Shown here one piece after another: positions 26,069 to 34,920 of a stretch of 35,313 bases of DNA (positions are counted from its first letter, which is position 1; the number at the start of each line of letters is the position of its first letter). Origin of the DNA: Luminiphilus sp. Its GTDB lineage: Bacteria > Planctomycetota > UBA1135 > UBA2386. The translations under genes and the position numbers were made by a program. Location: positions 1-35,313 of the forward strand of contig JBERSB010000236.1 of the NCBI GenBank assembly GCA_041236755.1. The letters run 5' to 3'. The notes under the pieces are model-generated. The model saw only the letters and a list, made by a program, of their open reading frames with translations. It had not been told where the DNA came from and did no database searches.

Positions 26069-26988
26069 CCGCGGCGACCGGCGCCGGGATCCTCCGAGCC
26101 TACTGGGAGCTCTCCAAGCCGCGGCTGTCCGCGCTGGCCGTATTCGCCGTGGTCGCCGGCGCCTACATGGCGTGGCCCGCGAAGACGTCCCACCCGCCGC
26201 TGGACCTGCTGGTCTTCACCACGCTCGGCAACTTCCTCGCCGCGGCCGGCGCCGCGGCGCTGAACATGTACCGCGAGCGCCACCTCGACCCGCTGATGGA
26301 GCGGACGCAGGACCGCCCGCTGCCGAGCGGTCGCCTGCAGCCGCGCAGCGTGCTGCTGTTCGGGCTCATCGCGTCGCTGCTCGGGGTGGTCCTGGTGCTG
26401 GTCGGGGCCGCGCCGTTGGCGCCCGACGGCTCGCGGCCGCCGGGCCAGTGGAACTGGACGGCTGCGGGGCTCTGCGCGCTGATCGTGCTGTTCTACGTGC
26501 TGGTCTACACGCCGATGAAGACCCGCACGCCGCTGAACACGCTGGTCGGCGCGATCCCCGGCGCGCTGCCGCCGGTGGTCGGACACGCGGCGGTCGCCGG
26601 CGAGCTGGCGATGCCTCAGGCGGTGCTGTTCGCGATCCTGTTCTGCTGGCAGATCCCGCACTTCCTCGCGATCGCCTGGCGCTACCGCGACGACTACGCG
26701 CGCGCCGGGATGCAGATGCTGCCGGTGCTCGACCCGACCGGGAGGCGGACCGGGACCACCATGCTGCTCTACGTCAGCGGTCTGGGCATCGCGAGCCTCG
26801 TCCCGTACGTGACGCAGATGTGCGACGAACGCTACGCAGTTGTCGCGGTTCTGCTCGACGTGCTGTTCTTCGTGCCTACGCTGATCGCTGCGTGGACGCG
26901 GCGCGACGTCGCGATGCGCATGACCTTCATCATGTCGATCATCTACCTCCCGCTGCTGTTCTCGGTCATGGTGTGGACGCGCAAGTGA
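26065..26988 (+). CDS. ctaB: Protoheme IX farnesyltransferase (heme O synthase)
   Basis: 307 aa UbiA-family prenyltransferase. Motifs: YWELSKPRLS, NMYRERHLDPLMERTQDRPLPSGRL, YTPMKTRTPLNTLVGAIPGALPP. Its ATG overlaps the ctaA stop (ATGA at 26065-26068). Confidence 0.93.
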   Translation: MTAATGAGILRAYWELSKPRLSALAVFAVVAGAYMAWPAKTSHPPLDLLVFTTLGNFLAAAGAAALNMYRERHLDPLMERTQDRPLPSGRLQPRSVLLFGLIASLLGVVLVLVGAAPLAPDGSRPPGQWNWTAAGLCALIVLFYVLVYTPMKTRTPLNTLVGAIPGALPPVVGHAAVAGELAMPQAVLFAILFCWQIPHFLAIAWRYRDDYARAGMQMLPVLDPTGRRTGTTMLLYVSGLGIASLVPYVTQMCDERYAVVAVLLDVLFFVPTLIAAWTRRDVAMRMTFIMSIIYLPLLFSVMVWTRK

Positions 26989-27944
26989 GCGACGGCCCGG
27001 CAGTGACAGCGGCTGACGTGCAGTTCGCCTACGGCGATCGTCAGGCCCTGCGCGGCGTCACCTTCGAAGTGCAGAGAGGCGCTGCATTCGGCTTCTTGGG
27101 TCCCAACGGCTCGGGCAAGTCGACGCTGTTCAAGCTGCTCTCGACGCTGGTGCCGCTCCAGCAGGGCGCGGTGTCGATCCTGGGGGCGGACCTGTCGCGG
27201 GAGGCCGCGGCGATCCGGCGGCGTATCGGCGTGGTGTTCCAGTCGCCCGCGGTCGACAAGAAGCTGACCGTGCAGGAGAACCTCCGCTACGGCGGGCTGA
27301 TGCTCGGGCTCGGCGGCGCAGAGCTGCACCGGCGCATCGACGCGTGCCTCGCCGCAGCGGACCTGACCGACCGGCGCAAGGACAACGTCGAGGACCTGTC
27401 CGGCGGCCTCCGGCGGCGCGTCGAGATCGCCAAGTGCCTGCTGTCGCAGCCCGAGCTGGTGCTGCTGGACGAGGCGAGCACCGGCCTGGACCCCGCGGCG
27501 CGCCGCGAGATGTGGAAGGTGCTCCGCGCGCAGGACGGGCTGACCGTGCTGTTCACGACGCACCTCATGGAAGAGGCCGCCGAGGCGGACCGGTTGATGC
27601 TGCTCGACGAGGGCAACGTCGTTGCGCACGGCCGCCCGGGCGAGCTGATGGAGGAGGTCGGCGGCCAGGTGCTAGAGATCGAGTCGGCGGCGGCCGAGGA
27701 GCTGCAGGCCCAGCTGCGCGCAGACCTCTCGATCGAGGCGACCCTGCTCGACCAGACGCTGCGCATCGACGGCGAGAGCGTGCACGAGCTGGTGCCCGAG
27801 ATCATGAAGCGCTGGGGCGACCAGGTGCGGCGGCTGCAGCTGGCGCACCCGTCGCTCGAGGACGTGTTCTTACACCGGACCGGCAAGCGCTTCGTCGTGA
27901 CCGCGCCCGAGGAGCCGAAGAAGAAGAAGCGGAGGCGGCGATGA
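26985..27944 (+). CDS. ABC transporter ATP-binding protein (ABC-2/DrrA-CcmA-like subfamily)
   Basis: The GTG start at 26985 overlaps the ctaB stop (GTGA). Walker A GPNGSGKST, signature LSGGLRRR, Walker B LVLLDEAS, H-loop TTHLMEE. The C-terminal tail is KKKKRRRR. The upstream part of track ORF 26172..27944 is a shadow frame of ctaB. Confidence 0.9.
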   Translation: MSDGPAVTAADVQFAYGDRQALRGVTFEVQRGAAFGFLGPNGSGKSTLFKLLSTLVPLQQGAVSILGADLSREAAAIRRRIGVVFQSPAVDKKLTVQENLRYGGLMLGLGGAELHRRIDACLAAADLTDRRKDNVEDLSGGLRRRVEIAKCLLSQPELVLLDEASTGLDPAARREMWKVLRAQDGLTVLFTTHLMEEAAEADRLMLLDEGNVVAHGRPGELMEEVGGQVLEIESAAAEELQAQLRADLSIEATLLDQTLRIDGESVHELVPEIMKRWGDQVRRLQLAHPSLEDVFLHRTGKRFVVTAPEEPKKKKRRRR

Positions 27945-28705
27945 GCAAGGCGGTCTTCTCTCTGTGGCACCGGGAGATCGTGCGGTTCCTGCGCGATCGC
28001 TCACGCCTCACGGGCTCGTTGATGCAGCCGATCATCTTCTGGCTGCTGTTCAGCGGCGCGCTGAACAACTCGGTCAACTTCGGCGGCACCGAGAGCTACA
28101 GCGAGTACTTCTTCAGCGGCACGCTGGCGATGATCACGCTGTTCACGGCGATCTTCGCGACGATCACGGTGATCGAGGACCGCAAGGAGGGCTTCCTCCA
28201 GGGCGTGCTCGTGTCGCCGGTCCCGCGATCGGCGATCGCGCTGGGCAAGATCCTCGGCGGCGCCACGCTCGGCGTCGGCCTCGCGGTGATCTTCCTCGTG
28301 CTCGCGCCGTTCGCCGGCATCCCGCTCGAGCTCGGCAACGTCGCCAAGGGCCTCGGCGTGCTGGCGTTGCTCGCGGTCGCGGTCACCGGGCTCGGCTTCG
28401 TGCTGGCCTGGCTGATGGACAGCGCCGCGGGCTACCACGGCATCATGATGCTGTTCCTGATGCCGATGCTGCTGCTGTCGGGCGCGTTCTTCCCGATCGA
28501 GCAGGCGCACTGGCTGATCAGCTGGATCCGGCACATCAACCCGATGACCTACGGCGTCGGCGCGCTGCGCCACGCGCTGCACGGCGCCGCGCCGGGTTGC
28601 CCTACGTTCGTGGTGTGCATGGTCGGCACCACGGTGTTCGCGGTTGCCACGTTCCTGCTGGGGACCTATGTGGTCACCCGCCGCAGCGCGCGCGACGCGG
28701 CCTGA
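27941..28705 (+). CDS. ABC-2 type transporter permease
   Basis: ATG 27941 overlaps the ATPase stop (ATGA), and GGAGG lies 5 nt upstream. 254 aa with about 6 TM helices. The N-terminus has the ABC-2 pattern LWHREIVRFLRDRSRLTGSLMQPIIFWLLF. Confidence 0.85.
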   Translation: MSKAVFSLWHREIVRFLRDRSRLTGSLMQPIIFWLLFSGALNNSVNFGGTESYSEYFFSGTLAMITLFTAIFATITVIEDRKEGFLQGVLVSPVPRSAIALGKILGGATLGVGLAVIFLVLAPFAGIPLELGNVAKGLGVLALLAVAVTGLGFVLAWLMDSAAGYHGIMMLFLMPMLLLSGAFFPIEQAHWLISWIRHINPMTYGVGALRHALHGAAPGCPTFVVCMVGTTVFAVATFLLGTYVVTRRSARDAA

Positions 28706-28709
28706 TGCT

Positions 28710-29165
28710 ATGACCTCGACCCACGACGTCGTCCCGCTCGGCTCGGCCGGCTTCGACTTCCGGGTGCTCGCGGACGTGGACGCGATGCTCAACGGGGTCG
28801 CGTTCGTGCTGATCTGCGCGGGTCTCGTGGCGATCAAGCGCGGCAACGTCGAGCTGCACAAGAAGCTCATGCTGTCCGCGGTGGCGACGTCGGCGCTGTT
28901 CCTGGTGTGCTACCTGACCTACCACGCCACCTGCGAGTCGGTGAAGTTCCGGGGCGAAGGCGCGATCCGCCCGGTCTACTTCACGCTGCTGATCAGCCAC
29001 ATCGTGCTGGCCGCCGTGCAGGTGCCCCTGATCCTCCGGACGGTCTACCTCGGCCTGAAGGACCGCCGCGAAGCCCACAAGAAGTGGGCGAAGATCACGA
29101 CGCCGATCTGGCTCTACGTGTCGGTCACCGGCGTCGTGATCTACTTCATGCTCTACTGGATGTAG
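28710..29165 (+). CDS. DUF420 family membrane protein (CtaM-like cytochrome oxidase accessory protein)
   Basis: ATG 28710 lies 4 nt after the permease stop. 151 aa with 4 TM helices. The family-typical pattern is NGVAFVLICAGLVAIKRGNVELHKKLMLSA...YFTLLISHIVLA...HKKWAKITTPIWLYVSVTGVVIY. Confidence 0.8.
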   Translation: MTSTHDVVPLGSAGFDFRVLADVDAMLNGVAFVLICAGLVAIKRGNVELHKKLMLSAVATSALFLVCYLTYHATCESVKFRGEGAIRPVYFTLLISHIVLAAVQVPLILRTVYLGLKDRREAHKKWAKITTPIWLYVSVTGVVIYFMLYWM

Positions 29166-29193
29166 CGCCCGGAGATCCGCCGCGCGCGCCGGG

Positions 29194-30468
29194 CTAGGCC
29201 TGGAAGTCCTTGGCGGTCCCCGTGGCTGCGTGCGCGCGGTCCAGGCGCTCGAGCGCGACCGCGTAGGCAGCCGTGCGCATCGGGGCGTCGAGTTCGGTCA
29301 TGCGGGCGTGCAGCGTCCGGTACTGCGTCTGCATCGTCGTGCGCAGCTTCTGGTGCACCTCCTCGAGCTCCCAGTAGACGCCTGCGCGGTTCTGCAGCCA
29401 CTCGAACCAGCTCACCGTGACGCCGCCCGCGTTGGCGAGCACGTCGGGCACGACGAGCGCGCCGCGTTCGTGCAGGATTGCGTCTGCTTCACCCGTGGTG
29501 GGGCCGTTGGCGAGCTCGATCAGGACCTTGGCCTTCACGTCGGCCGCGTTCTCGGCGGTGATCTGGTCCTCGAGCGCGGCGGGCACCAGCACGTCGACGT
29601 CGAGCTCCAGGAGCGCGCCGCTGTCGAGCTTGGTGCCGACTTCGGGCAGTCGGCGCGTCTCGTTCTTGGCTTCGATGACCGCGGCGATGTCGAGCCCCTC
29701 GGGCGCGTGGATGCCGCCTCGTGAGTCGCTGACGGCGACGACCTTGTAGCCGTCCTTGTGCAGCAGCTTGGCGATGTGCTGGCCGGCGTTGCCGAAGCCC
29801 TGGATGGCGACGGTGATCTCGCCGGGCTTCCAGTCGCGCTGCGCCTCGATCTCCTTGAGCACGTAGTAACCGCCGCGTCCCGTCGCGTCGTCGCGGCCGA
29901 GGCTGCCGCCGCGCCCGACCGGCTTGCCCGTGATCACGCCGGGCTCGTGCTGGCGCACGACGCTCGAGTACTCGTCGGCCATCCACGCCATCGTGCGCGC
30001 GTTGGTGTAGACGTCGGGTGCCGGCACGTCACGGTCGACGCCGATCACGTCGGCGATCGCGCGCACGTAGGCGCGGCTGAGCCGCTCGGTCTCGGCCAGC
30101 GAGAGCTTGCGCGGGTCGACCTCGACGCCGCCCTTGCCGCCCCCGAACGGGATGTCGACGACCGCGCACTTCAGCGCCATCCAGAGCGCCAGCGACTTGA
30201 CCTCGGCGAGGTCGACCTGTGGGTGGAAGCGGATGCCGCCCTTGAACGGTCCGCGCACGTCGTCGTACTGCACGCGGTAGCCGCGGAACATCTGCAGCGA
30301 CCCGTCGTCCATGCGCAGCGGCAGGGACACCTCGACCGTCCGCCGCGGCGCGGACATCCGCAGCAGCGTCTCGGGGTCGATCCGCGCGTGCTCGGCGGCG
30401 CGCTGGACCCGGGCGATCGAACGGGAGAACAGATCTGCGCCTGCGGCGCCCTTGCTGGCTTCACTCAT
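29194..30468 (-). CDS. gdhA: Glutamate dehydrogenase (Glu/Leu/Phe/Val dehydrogenase family)
   Basis: 424 aa. Catalytic motif FKGGIRFHP...LKCAVVDIPFGGGKGGV. Rossmann motif VAIQGFGNAG. AAGGAAAG lies just upstream of ATG 30468. Confidence 0.95.
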   Translation of the reverse strand: MSEASKGAAGADLFSRSIARVQRAAEHARIDPETLLRMSAPRRTVEVSLPLRMDDGSLQMFRGYRVQYDDVRGPFKGGIRFHPQVDLAEVKSLALWMALKCAVVDIPFGGGKGGVEVDPRKLSLAETERLSRAYVRAIADVIGVDRDVPAPDVYTNARTMAWMADEYSSVVRQHEPGVITGKPVGRGGSLGRDDATGRGGYYVLKEIEAQRDWKPGEITVAIQGFGNAGQHIAKLLHKDGYKVVAVSDSRGGIHAPEGLDIAAVIEAKNETRRLPEVGTKLDSGALLELDVDVLVPAALEDQITAENAADVKAKVLIELANGPTTGEADAILHERGALVVPDVLANAGGVTVSWFEWLQNRAGVYWELEEVHQKLRTTMQTQYRTLHARMTELDAPMRTAAYAVALERLDRAHAATGTAKDFQA

Positions 30469-30538
30469 GGCTTTCCTTGCAGCTCAGATCGTGCCTCCCG
30501 TCGGGTCGGGAGGAAAGTGTGGCTACGAGGAAAGACGA

Positions 30539-30566
30539 GCGGGCGCCCGACGGGCGGGCCGCCCGC
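30539..30566 (-). terminator. Candidate intrinsic terminator after the S1 protease gene
   Basis: GCGGGCG (30539-30545) pairs with CGCCCGC (30560-30566). On the minus strand the hairpin starts 10 nt after the stop (30577) and is followed by the weakly U-rich UCGUCUUUCC. Confidence 0.35.
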
Positions 30567-30576
30567 GGGCCGCGCG

Positions 30577-32910
30577 TCAGTTGATCGTGGCGACGCCGCC
30601 GTCGGACATCGTCCAGGTCGAGTCGAACGCGATCGACTGCATGTGCAGCTGCACGCCCGCCAGGTTCTGGTTGTTGGGCAGCGGCAGCTGGTAGATCGCC
30701 TGGTTGACGAACACGTTGAGGACCTCGACGGCGTCCGGGCGCGCCAGCAGCGTGCAGCCGGCAGCGAAGCCCGGCAGGTTCAGCGGCGTGTTGTCACCGG
30801 CGAGGCCGAGGATCATCGCCGTCGGCGCGTTGCCGAGGTTGGTCGTGCGCACGATGAACGTAGTGCCGAGGTTGGGAAGCGTCAGCGCGCTGAGCGACGG
30901 CGCGCTGGTCGCGTTGGTGCAGCCCGCGCCGTAGTTGGCGAACGTGCCGACGGCGCAGTCGGCGTCGTCGATCCGGAACGCGTCGAGCGCGGCCTCGGTC
31001 ACCGAGTTGTTCGGGTTGTCCGCGACCGAGAAGCGCATCTTGAACTGGTTGGGGGTCCCGAACAGCGCCTTGACGTCGATCGAGCGCGACTCCCAGTTGT
31101 TGGTCCCGGAGATCGACTCGATCGGGACCCAGCTGGCGCCGCCGTTGTTCGAGGCGCTGATGTCGAGCGTGTCGTCCGGCGTGGTGCCGCCGATCTCGAA
31201 CCAGACCTTGTAGCTGACGACCGGCGCGTTGGCGGTGGACAGGTCGACCGTCTCGGTCGTCAGCACGGTCGGACCGCCGTCGACGTCTTCGTTGTTGGCG
31301 TTGCCGGTGACCCAGCACTGCCCGCTGCCGTCGGCGTCCGCCGACGGGCCGCGCGAGTCGAGCGGGGTGGCGCGGACCCACGCGCCGGTCGCGAGCGCCG
31401 TGTTGGCCACCGTCCAGCCGGGCGGGCTGGTGTTGAAGTTGTAGTTGCGGATCGTCGTCAGCGCGGCGGCCGCCGTCGCCGTGTGGACCGCGCCCGGCGC
31501 GTTCTCGGGGCTCGTGTAGGTCACCGCGTTCTGCCCGACGGCGCTCACGTAGTAGGAGACGCTGGTGCCGCAGGTGGTCGCGGGGAAGGTCGCGTCGAAG
31601 GTGGTCGCGCTGATCGGCGTCGGCGTGATCTGCTGGAACGCTCCGCCGGTCGAGACGTTGAGCCGCAGCGTGCCCGCCTGCAGCGCGATCGGCCCCGACG
31701 TGGTGATGCGCAGGGTCGTCGTTCCGAGCGGGTCGATCACGTTGGGCAGGCCGTTGGGGAACGAGAACTCCAGCTCGGGGCAGTCACAGATGCCCTGGGG
31801 GTTCGCCAGCGCGCTCTGCAGCGCCGAGAGGTTCGCGCCCGTGCCGGCGTTGGAGCCGCCGGTCGACGTGCATCCGCCGTGGGTGTGGATGCCGATCGCC
31901 TGGTTGGTCCCGTCGAGGATCACCGGCGAGCCCGAGTTGCCGCCCGTCGTGTCCGTCGAGTAGCGCACGGTCGTGCCGGAGAACGACGCGTAGGGGCCGG
32001 CGTGCGTCTTCTGGACGAGGTACCAGGTCGGCGAGACCGGCGACGAGGTCGAGCCGTTGCCCGTGATGCGGATGAACTGGCCGCTGACCGACGGCGGGTT
32101 GACGACGTCGAACGCCTGGCTGCCCTGCGCCGCGTAGGGGGACAGGCCGGTGTTCGAGTTGTCGAAGACGCCGAAGTAGGCCCAGTCGTTGCCGACGCCC
32201 TGGCCGCCGTTGCTCTGCATCGACGACGCGTCGACGGCGTACTGGTCCGACGGCGGCGGGTGGTTGAACGAACCGTTCGAGTTGGAGAGCGGCACGTTGA
32301 ACTGCACGACGTTGAGGTTGCCCGTGCAGTGTCCGGCGGTCAGGAAGCAGTGCCGACAGTCGTTGATCATCCACGACGTGCAGCCGGTGGGCTGGTTGCG
32401 CGCGACCCGCGGGTCGCTGCTGAGCACGCGGTCGTCGTTCGAGCCGCAGATCGTGTCGGGCTGCGGCGGGTCGTCGGGGCCGGCCTGCGCCGCGTGGAGC
32501 ACGATGCGGTTGTCCCCGGTCCCGGGCTGCGCGAGCAGCTCGACCAGCACGGACTCTCCGTTGAAGTAGGCCGACGTGTCGCGCCACTCACCGACGTGCC
32601 GCAGGTGCTGGGTCTGCACCGCGCCGTCGCGGACCGAGGTGATCCGCAGGAACGAGCCGTCGCTGCCGGGCTCGGGGCTGCCGGAGAGCAGCACGCCCTG
32701 GTACTCGAGGCGGAGCCAGGACGCGCCGGGCACGGTCACGACCTTGGACCAGACGACCTGCGGGATACCGACAGCGGCGGGGGACGGCGCGTCGTTGCGC
32801 ACGACGCCGGAGTCGACGTCGAGGTAGTGCGTGCTGTGGACGGACGGGACCGCCTGCGCACAGATCGAGGAGGCGAGCAGGAGCGCGGCTGCGATGCGGG
32901 TGGAGACCAT
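30577..32910 (-). CDS. Secreted multidomain trypsin-fold (S1, Glu/V8-like) serine protease with N-terminal pro-region and C-terminal beta-sandwich-like domains
   Basis: The start is ATG 32910 (signal MVSTRIAAALLLASSICAQA); the track ORF extends to 33066 through an Arg/Pro-rich non-coding stretch. Catalytic triad motifs: FLTAGHC (His), GNDWAYF (Asp), TTGGNSGSPV (Ser). About 400 aa of extra domains follow, including a 121-aa C-terminal module (YGAGC...LPLPNNQNLAGVQLHMQ). Confidence 0.85.
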   Translation of the reverse strand: MVSTRIAAALLLASSICAQAVPSVHSTHYLDVDSGVVRNDAPSPAAVGIPQVVWSKVVTVPGASWLRLEYQGVLLSGSPEPGSDGSFLRITSVRDGAVQTQHLRHVGEWRDTSAYFNGESVLVELLAQPGTGDNRIVLHAAQAGPDDPPQPDTICGSNDDRVLSSDPRVARNQPTGCTSWMINDCRHCFLTAGHCTGNLNVVQFNVPLSNSNGSFNHPPPSDQYAVDASSMQSNGGQGVGNDWAYFGVFDNSNTGLSPYAAQGSQAFDVVNPPSVSGQFIRITGNGSTSSPVSPTWYLVQKTHAGPYASFSGTTVRYSTDTTGGNSGSPVILDGTNQAIGIHTHGGCTSTGGSNAGTGANLSALQSALANPQGICDCPELEFSFPNGLPNVIDPLGTTTLRITTSGPIALQAGTLRLNVSTGGAFQQITPTPISATTFDATFPATTCGTSVSYYVSAVGQNAVTYTSPENAPGAVHTATAAAALTTIRNYNFNTSPPGWTVANTALATGAWVRATPLDSRGPSADADGSGQCWVTGNANNEDVDGGPTVLTTETVDLSTANAPVVSYKVWFEIGGTTPDDTLDISASNNGGASWVPIESISGTNNWESRSIDVKALFGTPNQFKMRFSVADNPNNSVTEAALDAFRIDDADCAVGTFANYGAGCTNATSAPSLSALTLPNLGTTFIVRTTNLGNAPTAMILGLAGDNTPLNLPGFAAGCTLLARPDAVEVLNVFVNQAIYQLPLPNNQNLAGVQLHMQSIAFDSTWTMSDGGVATIN

Positions 32911-33057
32911 GGCTACGTGATCAGGGGCGAGATTGCTCCAGAAGTGTAACCGCGATCGCCGGACCGCACCGAAGGATGTGCCGTCCAGGGACTGCGCCGG
33001 CGCGCGTGGCGGCGATGGCGCCGGCGACGGTCTGGCGGCATGCTTCGTCTCGCGCCC

Positions 33058-34767
33058 ATGCTGCACACGCTACACATCCGAAACCTCGCTCTCATCGAGC
33101 GCGCCGAGCTCCGCATGGCGGACGGATTGTCCGTGGTCTCCGGCGAGACCGGCGGGGGCAAGTCCCTGCTGATCACGGCGCTGAAGCTGCTCCGCGGCGA
33201 GAAGGCGCAGGGCGGCCTCGTCCGCCACGGCGCAACGGAGCTGCAGGTGGACGGGGAGTTCCGTCTCGGCGGCGGCGCCCGCAGCGCGGCGATCGAGCGC
33301 TTCGTCGAGCAGGCGTGCGGTGGCGCAGTCGACGACGACCTGCTGCTCGTGACGCGGATCGTCGACAAGGGCGGCCGCACCCGCGTGCGGCTGGGTGGCC
33401 GGCCGGCGACGCTCTCCGCGCTGCGTGAACTCGGCGGGATGCTGCTCGAGATCCACGGCCAGGGCGACTCGCGCGCGCTGATGCGTCCCGAGATCCAGTG
33501 CGAGACGCTCGACGCGTTCGCCGGGACCGCCCAGCTGAGGGGCGCGTTCGCGGCGGCCCTTGAGTCGGCGCGCGAGCTGCGCGCGCGCATCGCGCGGCAG
33601 GTCGAAGGGGAGCGCGAGCGCAAGCAGCGGCTCGAGTTCCTGCGCTTCCAGCACGCCGAGATCGAGCAGCTCTCGCTCGGCGAAGGCGAGCTCTCTGAGC
33701 TCGAGCAGGACTACCAGGTCCTGAGCAACCTGGACGCGATGCGGCTGCAGCTCGACGACGCGCTCGGGGCGATGCAGGACGGCGAGCACAACGTCACAGA
33801 CCAGCTCGCGGTCGCGGCGCGGGCGCTGCGGCAGGCGGCCGCGATCGACAGCCGCCTGGACGAGGCCTCGGAGCAGCTCGCGCAGATCGAGGACCTGGTC
33901 GCGACTGTGTGCCGCGAGCTCCAGTCGGGCCAGGCGCGCCTCGAGCTCGACCCCGGCAGGCTCATGGCGGTGCAGGAGCGGCTCGACGAGGTGCACACCG
34001 CGCTCAAGCGCTTCGGCCCGACCGAGCAGGACCTGCGCGACAACCACGCAGAGACGCGGCGCGAGCTGGACGAGCTGGAGGCGGCGGACACGGCGCCAGA
34101 GGCGCTGCTGGCCGAGCAGCGCGAGGCGACCGACCAGGTCGTCGAGCTCGGGCGCAAGCTGCTGCGCGCGCGCAAGAAGGCGGGCGTCGCGTTCGGCGCG
34201 GCGATCATGGGCGAGCTGCGGGACCTCGGCATGAAGCACACCGAGGTGCGCCTGGCGATGGCGAGCACCTTCGCGGCCGACCGCGTGCTCGACGAGGCCA
34301 CCGAGCACGGGCCCGCCCCGGTCGACATCGAGGTGCGGATCAACCCGGGCGAGCCTTGGCAGTCGCTGCGCGAGACGGCGTCCGGCGGCGAGCTGGCGCG
34401 CGTCGTGCTGGCCGTCAAGAAGACGCTCGCCGACCAGGACCGCGTGCCGCTGCTGGTGCTGGACGAGATCGACGCCGAGATCGGCGGCCGCCTCGGCCTG
34501 CAGGTCGGCAAGAAGCTGCACGAGGTCGCGCGGCACCACCAGGTCGTGATCGTCACGCACCTGGCACCGGTGGCGGCGTTCGCGCAGCAGCACTTCCTGG
34601 TCAACAAGGTCGTCGGCGAGCGCACGACTTCGGACGTGCGCCAGCTGCCGCCGGGCGAGGTCGAGAAGGAGCTGGCCGCGATGGCGACCGGCGACGGCGA
34701 CGACGGCGCGGCGCTGGAGCAGGCGCGCCGGCTCGTCGAGAAGGCGCGCGGCGAGGCCTCGGCCTGA
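33058..34767 (+). CDS. recN: DNA repair protein RecN
   Basis: The typical N-terminus MLHTLHIRNLALIERAEL begins at ATG 33058 (the track start 33040 adds 6 aa). Walker A GETGGGKSL, a long coiled-coil middle, signature ASGGELARV, Walker B LLVLDEIDAEIGG. Confidence 0.93.
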   Translation: MLHTLHIRNLALIERAELRMADGLSVVSGETGGGKSLLITALKLLRGEKAQGGLVRHGATELQVDGEFRLGGGARSAAIERFVEQACGGAVDDDLLLVTRIVDKGGRTRVRLGGRPATLSALRELGGMLLEIHGQGDSRALMRPEIQCETLDAFAGTAQLRGAFAAALESARELRARIARQVEGERERKQRLEFLRFQHAEIEQLSLGEGELSELEQDYQVLSNLDAMRLQLDDALGAMQDGEHNVTDQLAVAARALRQAAAIDSRLDEASEQLAQIEDLVATVCRELQSGQARLELDPGRLMAVQERLDEVHTALKRFGPTEQDLRDNHAETRRELDELEAADTAPEALLAEQREATDQVVELGRKLLRARKKAGVAFGAAIMGELRDLGMKHTEVRLAMASTFAADRVLDEATEHGPAPVDIEVRINPGEPWQSLRETASGGELARVVLAVKKTLADQDRVPLLVLDEIDAEIGGRLGLQVGKKLHEVARHHQVVIVTHLAPVAAFAQQHFLVNKVVGERTTSDVRQLPPGEVEKELAAMATGDGDDGAALEQARRLVEKARGEASA

Positions 34768-34920
34768 GCGCCGCCTCGGCCGGAAGCAGGCCAGCTGCGC
34801 TGCGAGCCAGGCGGCTACATCGCGCCTTCGTTTCGACATCGAAGCGGCGATTTGCCGCGTCGCCTCCGCGATCGCGTCGGTAGACTCGAAGCGCCGTTCA
34901 GACTCAGGAAGCTCCGTACG

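Noticed and set aside
30507-30535. GAGGAAAG occurs twice (30510-30517 and 30527-30534), superficially like the RNase P RNA GAGGAAAGUCC motif or a + strand Shine-Dalgarno sequence.
   Set aside because: The intergenic space is only 108 nt, far too short for RNase P RNA, and the motif diverges right after AAAG. No credible + strand ORF follows. The region is better explained as the protease terminator plus the gdhA leader on the minus strand.
29758-32949. A 1063-aa + strand ORF opposite gdhA and the S1 protease. Similar cases are 33070..35292 (-, 740 aa, opposite recN), 23930..26032 (-, 700 aa), 1700..3496 (-, 598 aa), 22299..24059 (-, 586 aa) and the 13517..15361 part of the 970-aa + ORF.
   Set aside because: All overlap genes with clear family motifs on the other strand or in another frame. 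All have low-complexity Arg/Pro/Ala/Gly composition and lack the GC3 pattern of the true frame. They are shadow ORFs.
32911-33057. I looked for an SOS (LexA) box upstream of recN.
   Set aside because: The 147-nt divergent region contains no CTGT-N8-ACAG, GAAC-N4-GTTC or similar palindrome. Only the generic GCGATCGC palindrome is present, and it recurs throughout the window.
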